Assembly: GCA_048772705.1 (NCBI GenBank)
Contig: JBLWGC010000012.1
Location: 1-49,633, forward strand
Length of the DNA stretch: 49,633 bases
Origin: Leidyana gryllorum EB-2025a
Lineage: Eukaryota > Protista > Apicomplexa
Direction of reading: 5' to 3'
The stretch's first letter is position 1, and each line of letters starts with the position of its first letter. Under the pieces are notes generated by a model. That model was given only the letters and a program-made list of their open reading frames with translations. It had not been told where the DNA came from and did not search any database. The position numbers were made by a program, and so were the translations under genes. Positions 11,575 through 23,545 of the stretch are shown here, piece after piece.

Positions 11575-13068
11575 ATGAAAGGTTTAGCAATTTATGCCTC
11601 TCCACCATCGAGGGTTGAGTTCGATCCAAGCTGGGGACTACAATTCCTGAGGTCTGTTCGCCAAATATGGACTCACTACTGTGGGTCACCGGCCTCTCAC
11701 ATATTCGGATCGGTCCAGCTGCTCTTTCGAGACCTCAATGTGACAGATGAATACCTAATTTTCTCTCACTCTATCCTCGCCTATATCTTTTTCGGGGAGG
11801 GAGTCAGTAATGTCACAGTCCTCCCGATCGGTCGCCCAAAGACCGATACAGCGTGCCACCAGTTCTGGTACAACTTTCCGGTCCGACTTCTGACGGCTTT
11901 TGAGGCCATCGGCAATGTGGAGGAGTGCGAGTTGGACGCCGTAGTGACTCCCTTAACTCCCCCCACTGCAGAGGAACAGCGCCTCATAGAAGCCGCATAC
12001 CACGATGCGGTAGCCGCTCTCAAGGATAGCGTCCTTCCGACGCCTGGAAACAAATACAAAGGTGTGGCATTCGGTGGCTCGTTTGATGGTTTGCATTACG
12101 GCCACGTCTTGGCTCTGCTACGACTCGCCAAACTCTTTGAAACGGGTGCGGAGATGGCTGCCATTGGGGTCACCGTCGACGAAGTCATGGCCAAGAAACC
12201 GGCGGCCCCTATGGCAATGCGCGGCAGAGATCGGATGGACTGCTTGCAGCGCTGCATTTCATACATATTGGCCCTACGAGGCTTCTATCCCACAACCTCC
12301 TTCACCCAGACGCAACCCACTCACCACTTGCAAGAGATGCTGAGAGCTATCACCTGGGCTTCCTCCGTCTTTCCGTCCAACTGCTCCTACTGGGATGCCC
12401 CAGATGGCCACCACGTCCTCTGTGCAGTCTCAGAGCTCTACAAAGATGGGATCGGACACGCTGGAGCTATCAGGGATTTGGATGCCATCTTGGTCACCCC
12501 CGAGACTGTCACTGGTGGCAACGTCGTCAACAACTACAGAAAGGCGCGACACGACTATCGCACTCTCGATATCCTCGTCGCCCCCATCGTGTCGCCCGTG
12601 TCGGAAGTATTCGGCCCTCCAGCGGCCAGATCACCCAGCCGTATTGACGGGAAGGCCAGCAGCCGACACTTAAGGATCAAGCTGGAGAACGCTTGGTCCG
12701 ATAAGTCTTATATGGTCAAGTGTTACGATAAACTCGTCAGTCAGATTGGCCTCGATGCCGAATCGAACTCGATGCTCAAGCGCTTTATGGCCATCCCTCA
12801 CGTAACTGTCCATCGCGACCAATCTGAAGATGCATGGCGACTATTGTACAAAGAGCTGGATCAGTCCACCAACTACAATCCTATCGAAAAACTGGCAGAT
12901 ATCTTCATCGGTCGCCCTGCCACACAAGTGCTGCACTTCCTTCATGATCCTCAACTGGCGAACCATCCAGTCGCCTCGGAATGGATCTCCGTGGAGACCT
13001 TAGCCCGCCAGTGGGAAGTGAATGCCGACTATTTTGATGCCAAAGACACGCCAGATGACACTGCGTGA
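11575..13068 (+). CDS. Phosphopantetheine adenylyltransferase-like (HxGH cytidylyltransferase family) protein
   Basis: VAFGGSFDGLHYGH, IGVT, DAILVTPET..GG..VN..R and K.SS..LR motifs, typical of eukaryotic PPAT/COASY. Intronless ~500-aa ORF. Confidence 0.8.
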   Translation: MKGLAIYASPPSRVEFDPSWGLQFLRSVRQIWTHYCGSPASHIFGSVQLLFRDLNVTDEYLIFSHSILAYIFFGEGVSNVTVLPIGRPKTDTACHQFWYNFPVRLLTAFEAIGNVEECELDAVVTPLTPPTAEEQRLIEAAYHDAVAALKDSVLPTPGNKYKGVAFGGSFDGLHYGHVLALLRLAKLFETGAEMAAIGVTVDEVMAKKPAAPMAMRGRDRMDCLQRCISYILALRGFYPTTSFTQTQPTHHLQEMLRAITWASSVFPSNCSYWDAPDGHHVLCAVSELYKDGIGHAGAIRDLDAILVTPETVTGGNVVNNYRKARHDYRTLDILVAPIVSPVSEVFGPPAARSPSRIDGKASSRHLRIKLENAWSDKSYMVKCYDKLVSQIGLDAESNSMLKRFMAIPHVTVHRDQSEDAWRLLYKELDQSTNYNPIEKLADIFIGRPATQVLHFLHDPQLANHPVASEWISVETLARQWEVNADYFDAKDTPDDTA

Positions 13069-13294
13069 CAACGCTCTTTCTTGTTCCTAACCACAACCCA
13101 CGGCAACACAAACGACAGAGATCCGTGTCTCCGATGTGTGTGCGCGCACACACGGGCTCGAAATAATTCCAGATGCAAGCTACAACTGTGTGGCACTGCT
13201 TTCAGGTCACAGCTGATAATCTCAGGCACCTATCATGATAACGTCAAAGAACGGACCTTCAAATTCAGAAAGTGGCAGACAGATTTTTTAGCCG

Positions 13295-14125
13295 ATGAGC
13301 CGCCTGAGGGCGCGGTGGCTAGACGACAACACGGATTTGGAGGTTATAAAGGAGAACTCATGCCGCAGACGGATCTTGAGTTCTTCGCGTAAGACTCACA
13401 GGAAGCATTACACAGCGGCGATCCTCGAAGTCTTGACTCTTCATGTGCAATTGCTCATGGACTATGCCGAACCATTGAGAGTCTATATCTACTACGAGAA
13501 GTTCCTGGAGCAACGTCCCCGCAATGGGATGCATAGCGAGGTGAAGCGCTGGCTGAAAATGGCGAAGGAGAAGCTTCAGAGGAACATTCGAGACATAGAC
13601 CGCATATTGATAGAAATTCCCAAAACGGTTAATCAGCCACTGAAAGAATACAACAGAATCAACCAAGAGCTCAAGATGGCTCTCAATAGTCCCTGTACCA
13701 CATGCGACCCTCTGCTGCTGCCAAGACGGTCCGGGGACACTTCAAAGGATAGTTCGGAGATGCTGGTGGCAGCCACACGGTTGGCCAGATTGCGGGGTTC
13801 ACTTCCATTCATAAAAGCGACACTGCCCAGTTGTGTACCGCGAAGTTTGATCCGACTCGCGGGGTTGGAGGCGCGTGCTTGGGCCACGTTGAGGAAGATT
13901 TTGAAGGATCTGTCACATAGAATCAGCCACGCTATAGGCCTGGTGGAGTCAGTGCACCCCGATTTGATAAAGATAGTGAGGGTACTCAAGTCATCAGATG
14001 GGGCGCTGTCAGCAGGCCTCAGAGGGAACCGATTTAACTACGGGATCTTCGAGGCTGCTGGACGCTTGAGGACGATGAAGGAAGAGCAGTCGCAGCGGCG
14101 AATAGAGCCAAGTTTCGTAATGTAA
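13295..14125 (+). CDS. Hypothetical protein, 276 aa
   Basis: ATG-initiated ORF filling the gap and ending 7 nt from the convergent V-ATPase stop; no recognised motif. Confidence 0.55.
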   Translation: MSRLRARWLDDNTDLEVIKENSCRRRILSSSRKTHRKHYTAAILEVLTLHVQLLMDYAEPLRVYIYYEKFLEQRPRNGMHSEVKRWLKMAKEKLQRNIRDIDRILIEIPKTVNQPLKEYNRINQELKMALNSPCTTCDPLLLPRRSGDTSKDSSEMLVAATRLARLRGSLPFIKATLPSCVPRSLIRLAGLEARAWATLRKILKDLSHRISHAIGLVESVHPDLIKIVRVLKSSDGALSAGLRGNRFNYGIFEAAGRLRTMKEEQSQRRIEPSFVM

Positions 14126-14132
14126 TGACTGT

Positions 14133-17100
14133 TTACTCTGTGTCAGCACCGCTAAGGATTCTAAGGAAGCTAAAGGGAATGAACTTGTATCCGTCTGCCG
14201 CATAGAACTTATTCTGGAACTCTACCCACTGTAACCTCAACGCGTGCAGGAAGCACTCGAGTGTGTCCATGCACAGCATAATCGCAAAGGTGACACCTGC
14301 GAAAGCGCCGAATCCAAAGAATATGCAGATTGCCGGCAGGATCACAGTGCCCTGCGGCTTTACTGTGGCTTCGATGATCATCAGTAGTATATTTTCGAAG
14401 AACACCTAAGCGAGGTCGCATTTCCGTTCGGACTTTGCTTACCAGAGCTAGTTGTTGATGAGCGAGACTCAGCGCCCAGAGACGGAGGTACGAAGCAGTA
14501 TTAGAGATAACTCCCAATACATATTCAATGGTTTCAATCATCTGATGGATCATAATCTCGCCAAACTCGAATTCTTCTTCCTCCACCATACTCGCTTCAG
14601 TCGAGGGTTTCTGAGTTTCAGTGGGGCCAAGTGGTACGACCTCCTCGTTGGTGGAGGCGACGTTTGTGAGATCGCCTTTGGCGGACATTTGTTTCTTGTG
14701 AGCAGCCAGCAACAGGAGGGGCTTAGGTAGAAGCATCCAGGGGATGCAAATGACCATAACGGCTACCAGCACCGTCTGGATCGTCTTCTGGTGGGCAAAC
14801 AGCTGATCCTCCGGCTCGACGTCCTTGAGCATACACATTCCGATAAGAGTGGAAATGATAGAAGGCCGAGGTTGACCCGGTTCGACCTTTGCTGCCCATT
14901 TGAAAACGATCAGGAAATCCATATACCTAAACATAAGGTCCCAAGTCGACTCAGATCACCATTCAAATGAATCGCTCACCCGACCAATGCGATGAGAAAC
15001 AATATTTGGGGGATGAACTCAAAGTAGAGGGTGAGATGGTCCTTGAAATGAGCGGCGTTGAACGCCTTAAGTATCACTCCTGCTCCCATCTGGACGAATG
15101 CCACAATCACGGCGAACTTCATCTTGAACGAGTTGAAGAAATCCAACTCATTTGACGCGCCCTTCCAGACCGGATCGAACCCGAACGGGTACGGGAACCG
15201 CTTTTCAGGATCCTTCTCATACTGCAATCAGAAAAGCGCACGTGTGCTATGTTCGGAGACACCGGGTAGGAAGGAGCTGGGGGCGTGCGGGTGGCTGGGG
15301 ACGTGCGGGTGGCAGCTGGAAGTGAGGGAGAAGCAGCACAGAGGCGTTCTTGTGTGTGCATGACAGCTGTGTGTGTCACTGTACTCACCACGCCGGCTTC
15401 AGAGGTTTCGTGATACCGACTGCCAAACAAATCTACCCCAAGTGAGAAGAAGTCGTTGTAGATAAAACCAGCGAAGACGGCGAAGCATCCCATCATGAAG
15501 ATCATGTACCGTCCGTACACAATCATCTGAGTCATCTCCTCGTCAATTTTGCTTAGCTGCACAATAGGTCAGATAACGCCAGTAACCTCTCCCACGACTC
15601 ACCTTCTTGTAGGCCAAGCAAAGATAAAGCCCGAAAAGCATGACCAGCCCGCCGTGTCCGATATCACCATACATCACACCGAATAGGAACGGGAATGTGA
15701 CGATAGTTAGGAGCGCAGGATTGGCTTCGCGATATCGCGGGACACCATATGTATCCACCACGTTCTGGAAACATTCAGTAAAAGCAGTTGTTTTGATGTA
15801 CGTCGGAGGGTTGCGCCGGGTCGCTTCTCTATCGCTCAGTAGGAAGGCAGACACCTGATTGGGTCCACTGAAACTGCTCAGCAGTTGACGAGTTAATTCC
15901 TCTTCCTCAGCCGGATACCAACACTCAGCCCTCAGAGTCGCCTCTGTTTCCTCGAACAGATTGAGACATCCAAATACGGCTTTTTGCTTTTGGCAGAACA
16001 TCCGCCAGTCCTCGATAAGACTATTCCCGCCGGGTCGCACCGGCTCAAGCAATACAGCAACTTCGTCGAAGAAGAACTCTTCAAATGCCTCCAAGGCGCG
16101 GGTCTTGTCGTCAATGATCTCTTGGAGCACCTTGACCTTCTCTGCGGCGGCCCGTGCGTTCTTCGGCCTGGTTGTTCCGTCCATGCATCGACCCACTTCC
16201 CTCCACTCACCAGTCAAACACTTCAATTCCAAATGCTTGGCATATGCGACTGATTTTCTCGTGCATTGCCGATCCAACACCGCCTTGGTAGTAAATAACG
16301 AACACGTTGCGTTTGACGATGTTTCCAGCATCGTCGTTGGAGTAATATTCGTCCAGGTCCTCGATATGCGTATAAGCATTACCACGAGTAGCACGGAACA
16401 ATGTTCGTGCCAACTTCTCCTGGTCGCTTTGCAAAACCACTCCCGCAAAACTCGAGAAACCAGTTACTGTGGGCGCCGCCTCTGCATCACCCTGGAGCAG
16501 AGCTTGAGACGCTGTTTGAGCAGGCCTGACAAGATCAAGATCATCACACCGCTGATCGGCCTTACGTCTCCAGGCTCATACTGGTAGGATGCCGCGTGCT
16601 CAACGACTTGAACGCCACCTTTGCCACCGCTCGCTCCATTACCTACAGTACAAACGAATCAACCATCGACAACTGGGTCCCATCAGTGCTAATGAATGCG
16701 AAAACGGTCGGCGCAGCATTCAGCACACCCCCCAACCCGCCGCTGCCGGTCGCGCCAGCCGTTCAACAATATCACAATGGATAGCGAGGGCGTCATTCGA
16801 TATAATGACGGAGACGCCCAAGAGCACACACGTGTGCGGTGTTAATTTGATTCGCATATGTGCGTGACACTTACCGCGCGGTTCCGTTGCTTCAACAAAT
16901 CATCGTTATTCTCTCGGAAGCGAACGAATTGAGCGTACAGGGATTGTAGTGAGTCCTCTACGCCGTCCAGTAGAAAGTTGTCATTCTCAAGGAAGTCTTG
17001 ATAGTGTTTGCCCTCGATACGCGCGCCAGGTAGTTTATAGATCTCGTCCGTGAGGTATCTAATCGTTTTTGATCGCCATATTTGTGGGATGTAACTTACC

Positions 17101-17287
17101 GCAGCATCCGTTCCATTTCTTCTATACGTTGTATGTATCGGCGATATGGACGACGCATTGTTGCATGATTCATATCCTGGATCTGCAGGTTACCCTTGGT
17201 ACCCAGCAGGGTGACTATTTCCACAGCACGGTCCACTGGGATGACCAGCGTACCATGCTGCATCCGCTCGGAGCGCAGGATTCCCAT
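14133..17287 (-). CDS. VPH1: V-type H+-ATPase V0 subunit a (multi-exon)
   Basis: MGILRSE.M start; [60 protein letters not shown] (essential Arg), [16 protein letters not shown]. Confidence 0.96.
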
Positions 17288-17401
17288 GGTCCGATCCACC
17301 CAAAAAGTTTCGTTGGCTTTCGATTGCGGCTGGTTGCAATTAAGCGTCCGGCTTGATCATTAGTCAGTGAGTGGGGAGGCTCGAAAAAGTTAGTTTTTGG
17401 G

Positions 17402-18142
17402 ATGTGGAGCCAGGATATACAGGAATTCGAAGTGGACAATGACATCGAGGAGTACTTTGGGGACTTTGCGGGCATTGCGGACATTGAGAAAGAGTCTGTG
17501 GTGACGGGTGAGCAGAGTGACTATATGGTTCCCGGTCTGGAGTTGGTGCGGGGTAGCGGTGCTCTTCCTCAAACGGGCATATATATCCAGGACGGGACTG
17601 TCTACTCTGCGATAGCTGGTTCTCCCTCGGAATGGAGAGCTCACAAGCCGGCTCCTAAGCCAGGTTCTGAAGTATTGGCACGCGTGATTCGAGTTACTCC
17701 ACGTCACGTTGTGTGTGATATCTTTGCATTTGACGGCCAATTGGTGAAGAATACCTGCCGTGGACACATCAGGTGAGTTTGATTGAATATATATCACACT
17801 TGGAACCTGTGTGGGCAGACCTGCTGATATTCAGCCCGTTGGAATCGACAAATTATCCCTTTTGGACTGTTTCCGACCATTAGATATTATTAGGGCGCAG
17901 TTAGTGAGTGACAGAAGGTGCCCTTGTTCTTCCTATGATGACGGCGTTTGCAGCTCGCGACCGGCGTAGCAAGAAATTTCCTGCTAAGCACAGTCGGTAT
18001 TGATCAGGGGGTGATTAGGGCTCGTTCACAGACTTCAAATGAGGTTATGCAACCTGTCTGTTCCTACCTGCTCCGTTGTCCCAAAACGGGTGCATTGGAG
18101 CGTCGGAAGGTGGCTCGACCGCGCCATGAGAGTGAAAACTAA
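17402..18142 (+). CDS. CSL4: Exosome complex component CSL4 (2 introns)
   Basis: N-terminal VPG..L...G.GIY, S1 domain (PGSEVLARVIRV...G.IR; CFRP.DII.A), C-terminal GVI.ARS...CPKTG.E.RKVA. Confidence 0.88.
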
Positions 18143-18663
18143 CTATTTGGCTTCGACCGCAGTGAAACAATCGCGAACCTGCGGATGGTACATCAGTAAT
18201 GTGGTAGAATTGACTACAGCCAGATCTGTAATGTTGCGAATCGAAATCTCGGTTGCTTGAAGTCTCTTGAACTTACCGATATCGTCTCCTAACTCACATA
18301 TGGAGTGTTGTTCGGCTGAGTCCAAAGTGATTTGCTCTGAGCCTCCGGCTTGACCGATGATTTGACAGTATTTGCTGGAAACCCGCGGCAATGGGATTTT
18401 GACAAGACATTCCACCGTGCGATCTGCATCCGATGCAAACACACAAACTGTGTACACACACACACTCGGCATCTCACTGTCTGAGGTTTCCAGAACCATT
18501 TTTGTTCCGTCATTCGATATTACTTTGCCGATCAGAGATACTCGCTGACCAATGTGGCGTCCTAACATCTCGCCATTGACGCGACTGCATTGTATGTAAA
18601 CATGAATAGCCAATAGATGGAGGCCACTCACTGAGGAGCAGCCGTAGAGTCAGAGTAGTACAT
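18143..18663 (-). CDS. RPA3: Replication protein A 14 kDa subunit (3 introns)
   Basis: Spliced product MYYSDSTAAPHRVNGEMLGRHIGQRVSLIGKV...KYCQIIG...DLAVVN fits the small OB-fold RPA3 pattern. Confidence 0.8.
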
Positions 18664-18707
18664 TAAATGTGATGGGGGTGGGAGATTTTTTTGCCGAACA
18701 CCTCCTT

Positions 18708-21700
18708 ATGGCGAGTGACTCGGAGTCGGATGACGTCGTCGTCATTGAGGGAGAGGAGCTGCAGGCTCTTGTGAACTCCAATGAGAAGTCTCCTGGGCCC
18801 TCACGTTATATCCGTATGGTGGACGTCTTGGGACGACGGCAGCGTGGATGTGGAGACTGGGAGTTATTCGTCGAATGGGACTCTGTCTATGGCAAGTTCA
18901 AACTCTGGGAACCTATCAGTGTCTTTGGAGACCAAACTGAAGCCCTCCTGCGAGCCTTTGATCAGGAGACTGGCCGTTTGCGCGAGGACGGCACCCGGGG
19001 TCTCCCTATCATCGACCCATCCATCCCTGACTGGGATGCCGGGGAACGGCGTCAGATTCCGACACCTCCAGCTGGAGCCACTCTGACAGTCGAGAAGATT
19101 CTCGCCTATCGAGAAGTGGATAACAAACCAGAGGTGCTGATCAAATGGTTACACTATCCCATGACAGATAGCACCTGGGAACCGGTGTCAAATCTGGTCG
19201 ACTTTCTCTCTTTCTACAATGAAATTGACGACGCTCGACGCTTTTGGTCAGTTATCTCGAGACGCAAACATATAAATCTCACATCCAAACACTTGGCCCC
19301 CGCTTCCCCCGACGCTGCCTCTGCCGCCAAACTCTTCCGCGCTCCCGCCAATATCTCCGCCTCGCGGCCCTGCCCGCTCTCCACCGTACATAACTCGCGT
19401 CGGAGCTCCATCGAGGGGGGACGCGCAGCCCCCTCTCGGGGCCCTCAGCAGATCTCGTCGACCACTACGGCTGCCCCACCAGATGCCCCGTCTCCTCTCG
19501 ATAACGAAGTTGAACCCACAGCGTTCCCCAATCGCAAACGTCATTTGGACTCCAAAGACGTCGACGACCAAACTAAGCGACCGCGGACACAGCCGCCGCC
19601 CCCTCCACAGCGCTCCCCCAATGAAGCCGACTCTCTCCAGAGACCCTCTACTCAGGCTGCGGCCTTCAGTCGTCCTGAGTCACAGAAATCGAGTTCCCAG
19701 CCCCCACCTCGGCCCGAGACTTCGCAACGACCACCGATCCGTGAGGGGCCGCCGGCAGGGCGTTCGCCGACGCCAATTACAGCAGCAGCACCGACTGCCG
19801 CTACCGCTGCCACTGCTGCTGCTGGTGTCCAAGAAGAAGTGGCCACATCGTCTCGAGAGTCCGCTGTGGCTGCCACCGTCAATGCCCACCACCGGACTGG
19901 CGAAGAAGAAATTGAGGTTATAGAAGAGGACCGTATTGAGTCTATGAGTCTCGACACCTCGACGAGCAGTAAGAAGCGTCCAGTGTCGCTGTACGAACGT
20001 TTGAGAACCAAAAAGGTTAACGCCGCACCGTCGCTCGGTTCGGTGACCGAGTCACCACCGCCGAACGATGCGCGTATGCCACAAGAAGAAAATGTCGGCC
20101 TGGACGACAGTGACCTTCTCGCTGCAACAGAAGGCGGCAAACCACAGTGGCTGCAGTCCAGAGACGCCGTGGCAAAGACCCGGGCTCCGACTCAAAGCTC
20201 TACGACGGGCTATTCGGCCGCCTCTTCTTCCCCTCCGCAGGTTCTGCCTCCTCCTCCCACTACACTTCCCCCGCCTCTTCCAACCCCCAGACCGGTCGCT
20301 GACCTTCAGAATCAGCCGTCTCCCAGTCATCCTCTACCGGCCAACTATATGGAGTTGGCGGTAATACCAGGCGCGTCTCCGCCGGTTTCGAAAACCACTG
20401 CTGAAAGACAACGGAAGGCGTCGAGCGAAGCCCCGTCAAAACCAGCTGCTGCTCAAAGTAGCAGTCGATCAACTGGTGGTGGATCGCCTCGGCCATTGTT
20501 AAAGACCCCGAGAGGGCCTCTAGTACCCCTCCCGCTTCCGTCCCCCCCCACCCAGTCGTCCTCGTCTGCACCACCGAGACCCGTTCCCCCACCAAAGGCG
20601 GCGGCGGCGTACTCTCAGGAGGAAGAACAGTCCCAGCAGCACCCGCGTGCTCAGCCCCCTGCGATCATCACGCCGGCTGTGGCTGCTGTGCCACCTGCGC
20701 AACCCATTATGGTTCAAAATGTGGGACATCACAACGCCACCGCAGCGGTTTCACGCAGATCTTCGGTCGCGTCGCAGAGCGGAGGAACATCGATAAACTC
20801 TCGGGGAGTGACGAGTCCAATTTCCCCAAGGGGGACAACACAGTCCGACAAGCGAACCGCACAGCCGCAAAGAACCTCTCGTCAAGATGAGCGCCGCGGC
20901 TCGACCGCCAGCGTCAAGACATCACAGGATGACAGACTGCGTCGCACTCTAATGTTTGACGGACTCAGATCAGCAGTCAGAGGAGTCAAATCTTTATTCA
21001 AAGCTCGCGACTCGGCCCTCTTCAACGGTGTGCACTGTTTGTGTGCCGCTCAGGGACCAATGCAGGTATTGCCGAGTATTATAGAGGCGTTCAGACGCGC
21101 AGGATGGAACGATCCCTTAGGCTCAAAAGTTCCGGTGAGTCAGTCTGTCTCCTCCCACTCTCGGTATCCAAGTTTTTAGATACGATGCTATCTGTGCGAA
21201 TGTGACAGTCACCTCGCCTGCGCCATGAAGTCTATGGATTGGGAGTACGGGGAAGTCTGTCTCAAAAACAAGACCGATCCGGCGCTCGAACACTTCACAC
21301 CCGCCTATCTGCAACAGTGGTCTCGCAATTTCCTCTGTCTACCGTGTCGCCTCCTTCTGACAGTGAGTTTCTTACTGTCTCAAACACTTCAATTCCCCAA
21401 CAATAGGACCCTATATACCAAGTGGAAGAAATCATCGCGGGAGGCTGGCTCTCGCCAGCACCGGTCACCGACGAAGCCAAACTCAAACGGCTGCAAGCAT
21501 CCGACTTACCAAAGGCCTCACCCAGTGAGCTGCGCCTACGTGGATTCTTGAATAGACAGGATAGTAGCGATGTCCGAGGTGAGTTGACGACCCAAATAAT
21601 GACTGATCGGACATAATATGCGCTTCTGCAGCCGGAAAGAAACTGCTTCAAATCCGTTCATTCAAAATCCGATCGGATATGAGCAGCTTCGCACGCTTCC

Positions 21701-22532
21701 CCAACGATGAGGTCGAGATTTCTTGGAAACGACTCAACAGCGGTGCTCACGGAGTTCATAAACTGGCCAAACCGCCTCATTTCCGCATCCGTAAAGACAC
21801 TGTATATAATCTTCCCACCAGCGCTGGAGACGATAATGTGGCCCACTTTGAGATCAAAGTCCATGCGGCCTTCGAGAATATACTCGATGGCCCCTACTTT
21901 GTCGCTTTTGTTAAAGCCAAACCTGCCGCAACTGCCGACGACTTCTTCGCTACCATACAAAAGAAGGGCGTCGGCGACTATCGACAGTGTATGAGCCATG
22001 CCCTCGCCCTGCTACCTGCTCCCCCCTCCGCTGACAAGGACGGGACAGAGAGTGACGAAGAAATCGAGCTCGTCAACATGCGCCCAACCGTCAAACTCAC
22101 CTGCCCCTCCACTATGCTCAGAATGAATGTACCCGCACGGGGTGTCCTCTGCAAGTAAGATCGAAATACTCACACCCTCAAAAGCGCCCCCTTTGTAACA
22201 GACATGTGCAATGCTTCGATCTGCACTTCTTCCTTCAATCGCAAAATACCACTATCCATCAAGCTCGATGGAAGTGCCCCGTCTGCCGTATCAATTGCCG
22301 CCCCCATGAGATCATGATCGACTCGTGGCTCCTGAACGTGCTCAAATCCACTCCTGAAGATGTCGTCGAGGTAACACCCCCGACAATCCTCCCTGCAGTC
22401 AAATCCCGCTTTTAGGTTTTGATGGTAGCAGCACCCGATAACACCCTACAGTGGGAAGTGACCAAACGCACCAATGTCCCTGAACTCGGTGGTAAGGTGG
22501 GGGACAAAGAGCCTGTGTGTGTGGACCTATAA
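18708..22532 (+). CDS. SIZ/PIAS-like SUMO E3 ligase (PHD + SP-RING/MIZ) with two N-terminal chromodomain-like regions
   Basis: Chromo motifs FVEWD...LWEP and VEKIL...LIKW..YP..DSTWEP; PHD HCLC..RCYLCECDSHLAC..FLCLPCR; SP-RING LTCP....RM.VPARG..CKHVQCFD...WKCPVC...MIDSW. Five short GT-AG introns join these in frame; ends EPVCVDL*. Confidence 0.85.
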
Positions 22533-22589
22533 CCAACCAACTTTTCTGGAGAACCGACCCAGAAAGTGCTGAAGATCTGCTACAAACAA

Positions 22590-22811
22590 ATGGATCCCTG
22601 CTGTTACTATCAACGTCAAGAAGCTGCGGAGGCTAAGGCGGCGAGGGCAACCTTACAGCAGTTCATAGAAGGCCTATCTATGGAAGAACAAGATGCCTCC
22701 TTCGTTCAGGAGACTCAAAAGTGGCTCTCGGAAAATCCGGGAGCTGATGCTTCGGCCCTCAAACTCCGATTTCAAGAACTCCAGGCAGCATTAGATAACA
22801 GCAAGCAATGA
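22590..22811 (+). CDS. 73-aa protein resembling the C-terminal helical lid of Hsp70
   Basis: ATG in A-rich context; AARATLQQF...VQETQKWLSENPGA....K.RFQELQ resembles the Hsp70 lid pattern A.N.LE....E..WL..N..A.....K..ELE. Confidence 0.55.
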   Translation: MDPCCYYQRQEAAEAKAARATLQQFIEGLSMEEQDASFVQETQKWLSENPGADASALKLRFQELQAALDNSKQ

Positions 22812-22933
22812 TGACAGGAACATGATGGGTTCGTGAGTAAAGAAATTAGACTTGAGAATATGGCGCCTCCTGTGGCATTCCCTCTGTCAACCCGCTTGAT
22901 AGAACAGTGATCAAAGTACATAGCAAACATTGC

Positions 22934-23500
22934 TTACTCTTCGAAACGTAGAAAAGCAGTAGGATTCCCAGTCTGTGACAAGTCTCCACTGCTGCACACG
23001 TGTGTGTTCATCCAATGGGCAACCAATTGCTTACTTGACAACAGCGGCATTGAATTGGGCGGTGACGGCTGCGCCTTTGCGGCGATTAGCGTACCAGACC
23101 GCCCACCAAGCGGCTCCCGCTAGCCACATAGTGAGTCCGGAGGTTGCGCCCAGATTGCCCCATTCGGCCCCCATGACGAAGAGGCCGCAGCTGACAATAA
23201 TGACTGATGGGAGGGATGAAACCGGGAAGAAGCTCACGCGATATAGAACGCTGCGCGCCAAGTCATCTTCTTGAGTGCAGGCAGTTGGTCGAGGACAACG
23301 ACCGCTACTTGGGACGAAGCTTCTAGCCCCACTATAAGGAGGGCGGCGGCGAGGAGCCACAGCGCGAGAATGAAGTGGGTGAAGTCATGGGGACGGACAA
23401 TGGTGATGGCGCACAGAGCAGCTAGAGTGACGCCGCCCGAGAGGGAGATAGCTCGGGCAATGTTCGGTCCATGTGCGAATACAATGTCCTCCACCAACAT
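22934..23500 (-). CDS. COPI-associated / TVP15-like multi-pass membrane protein (2 introns)
   Basis: Several hydrophobic helices; LLIVGLE and L..MTWRAAFYIACGLF resemble the family GRG.FYIF.G motif. 3' end is tentative. Confidence 0.6.
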
Positions 23501-23545
23501 GAGCGACAAGAAAAAGGGTTTTGGTTCGTTCCCAAACACACTTTA

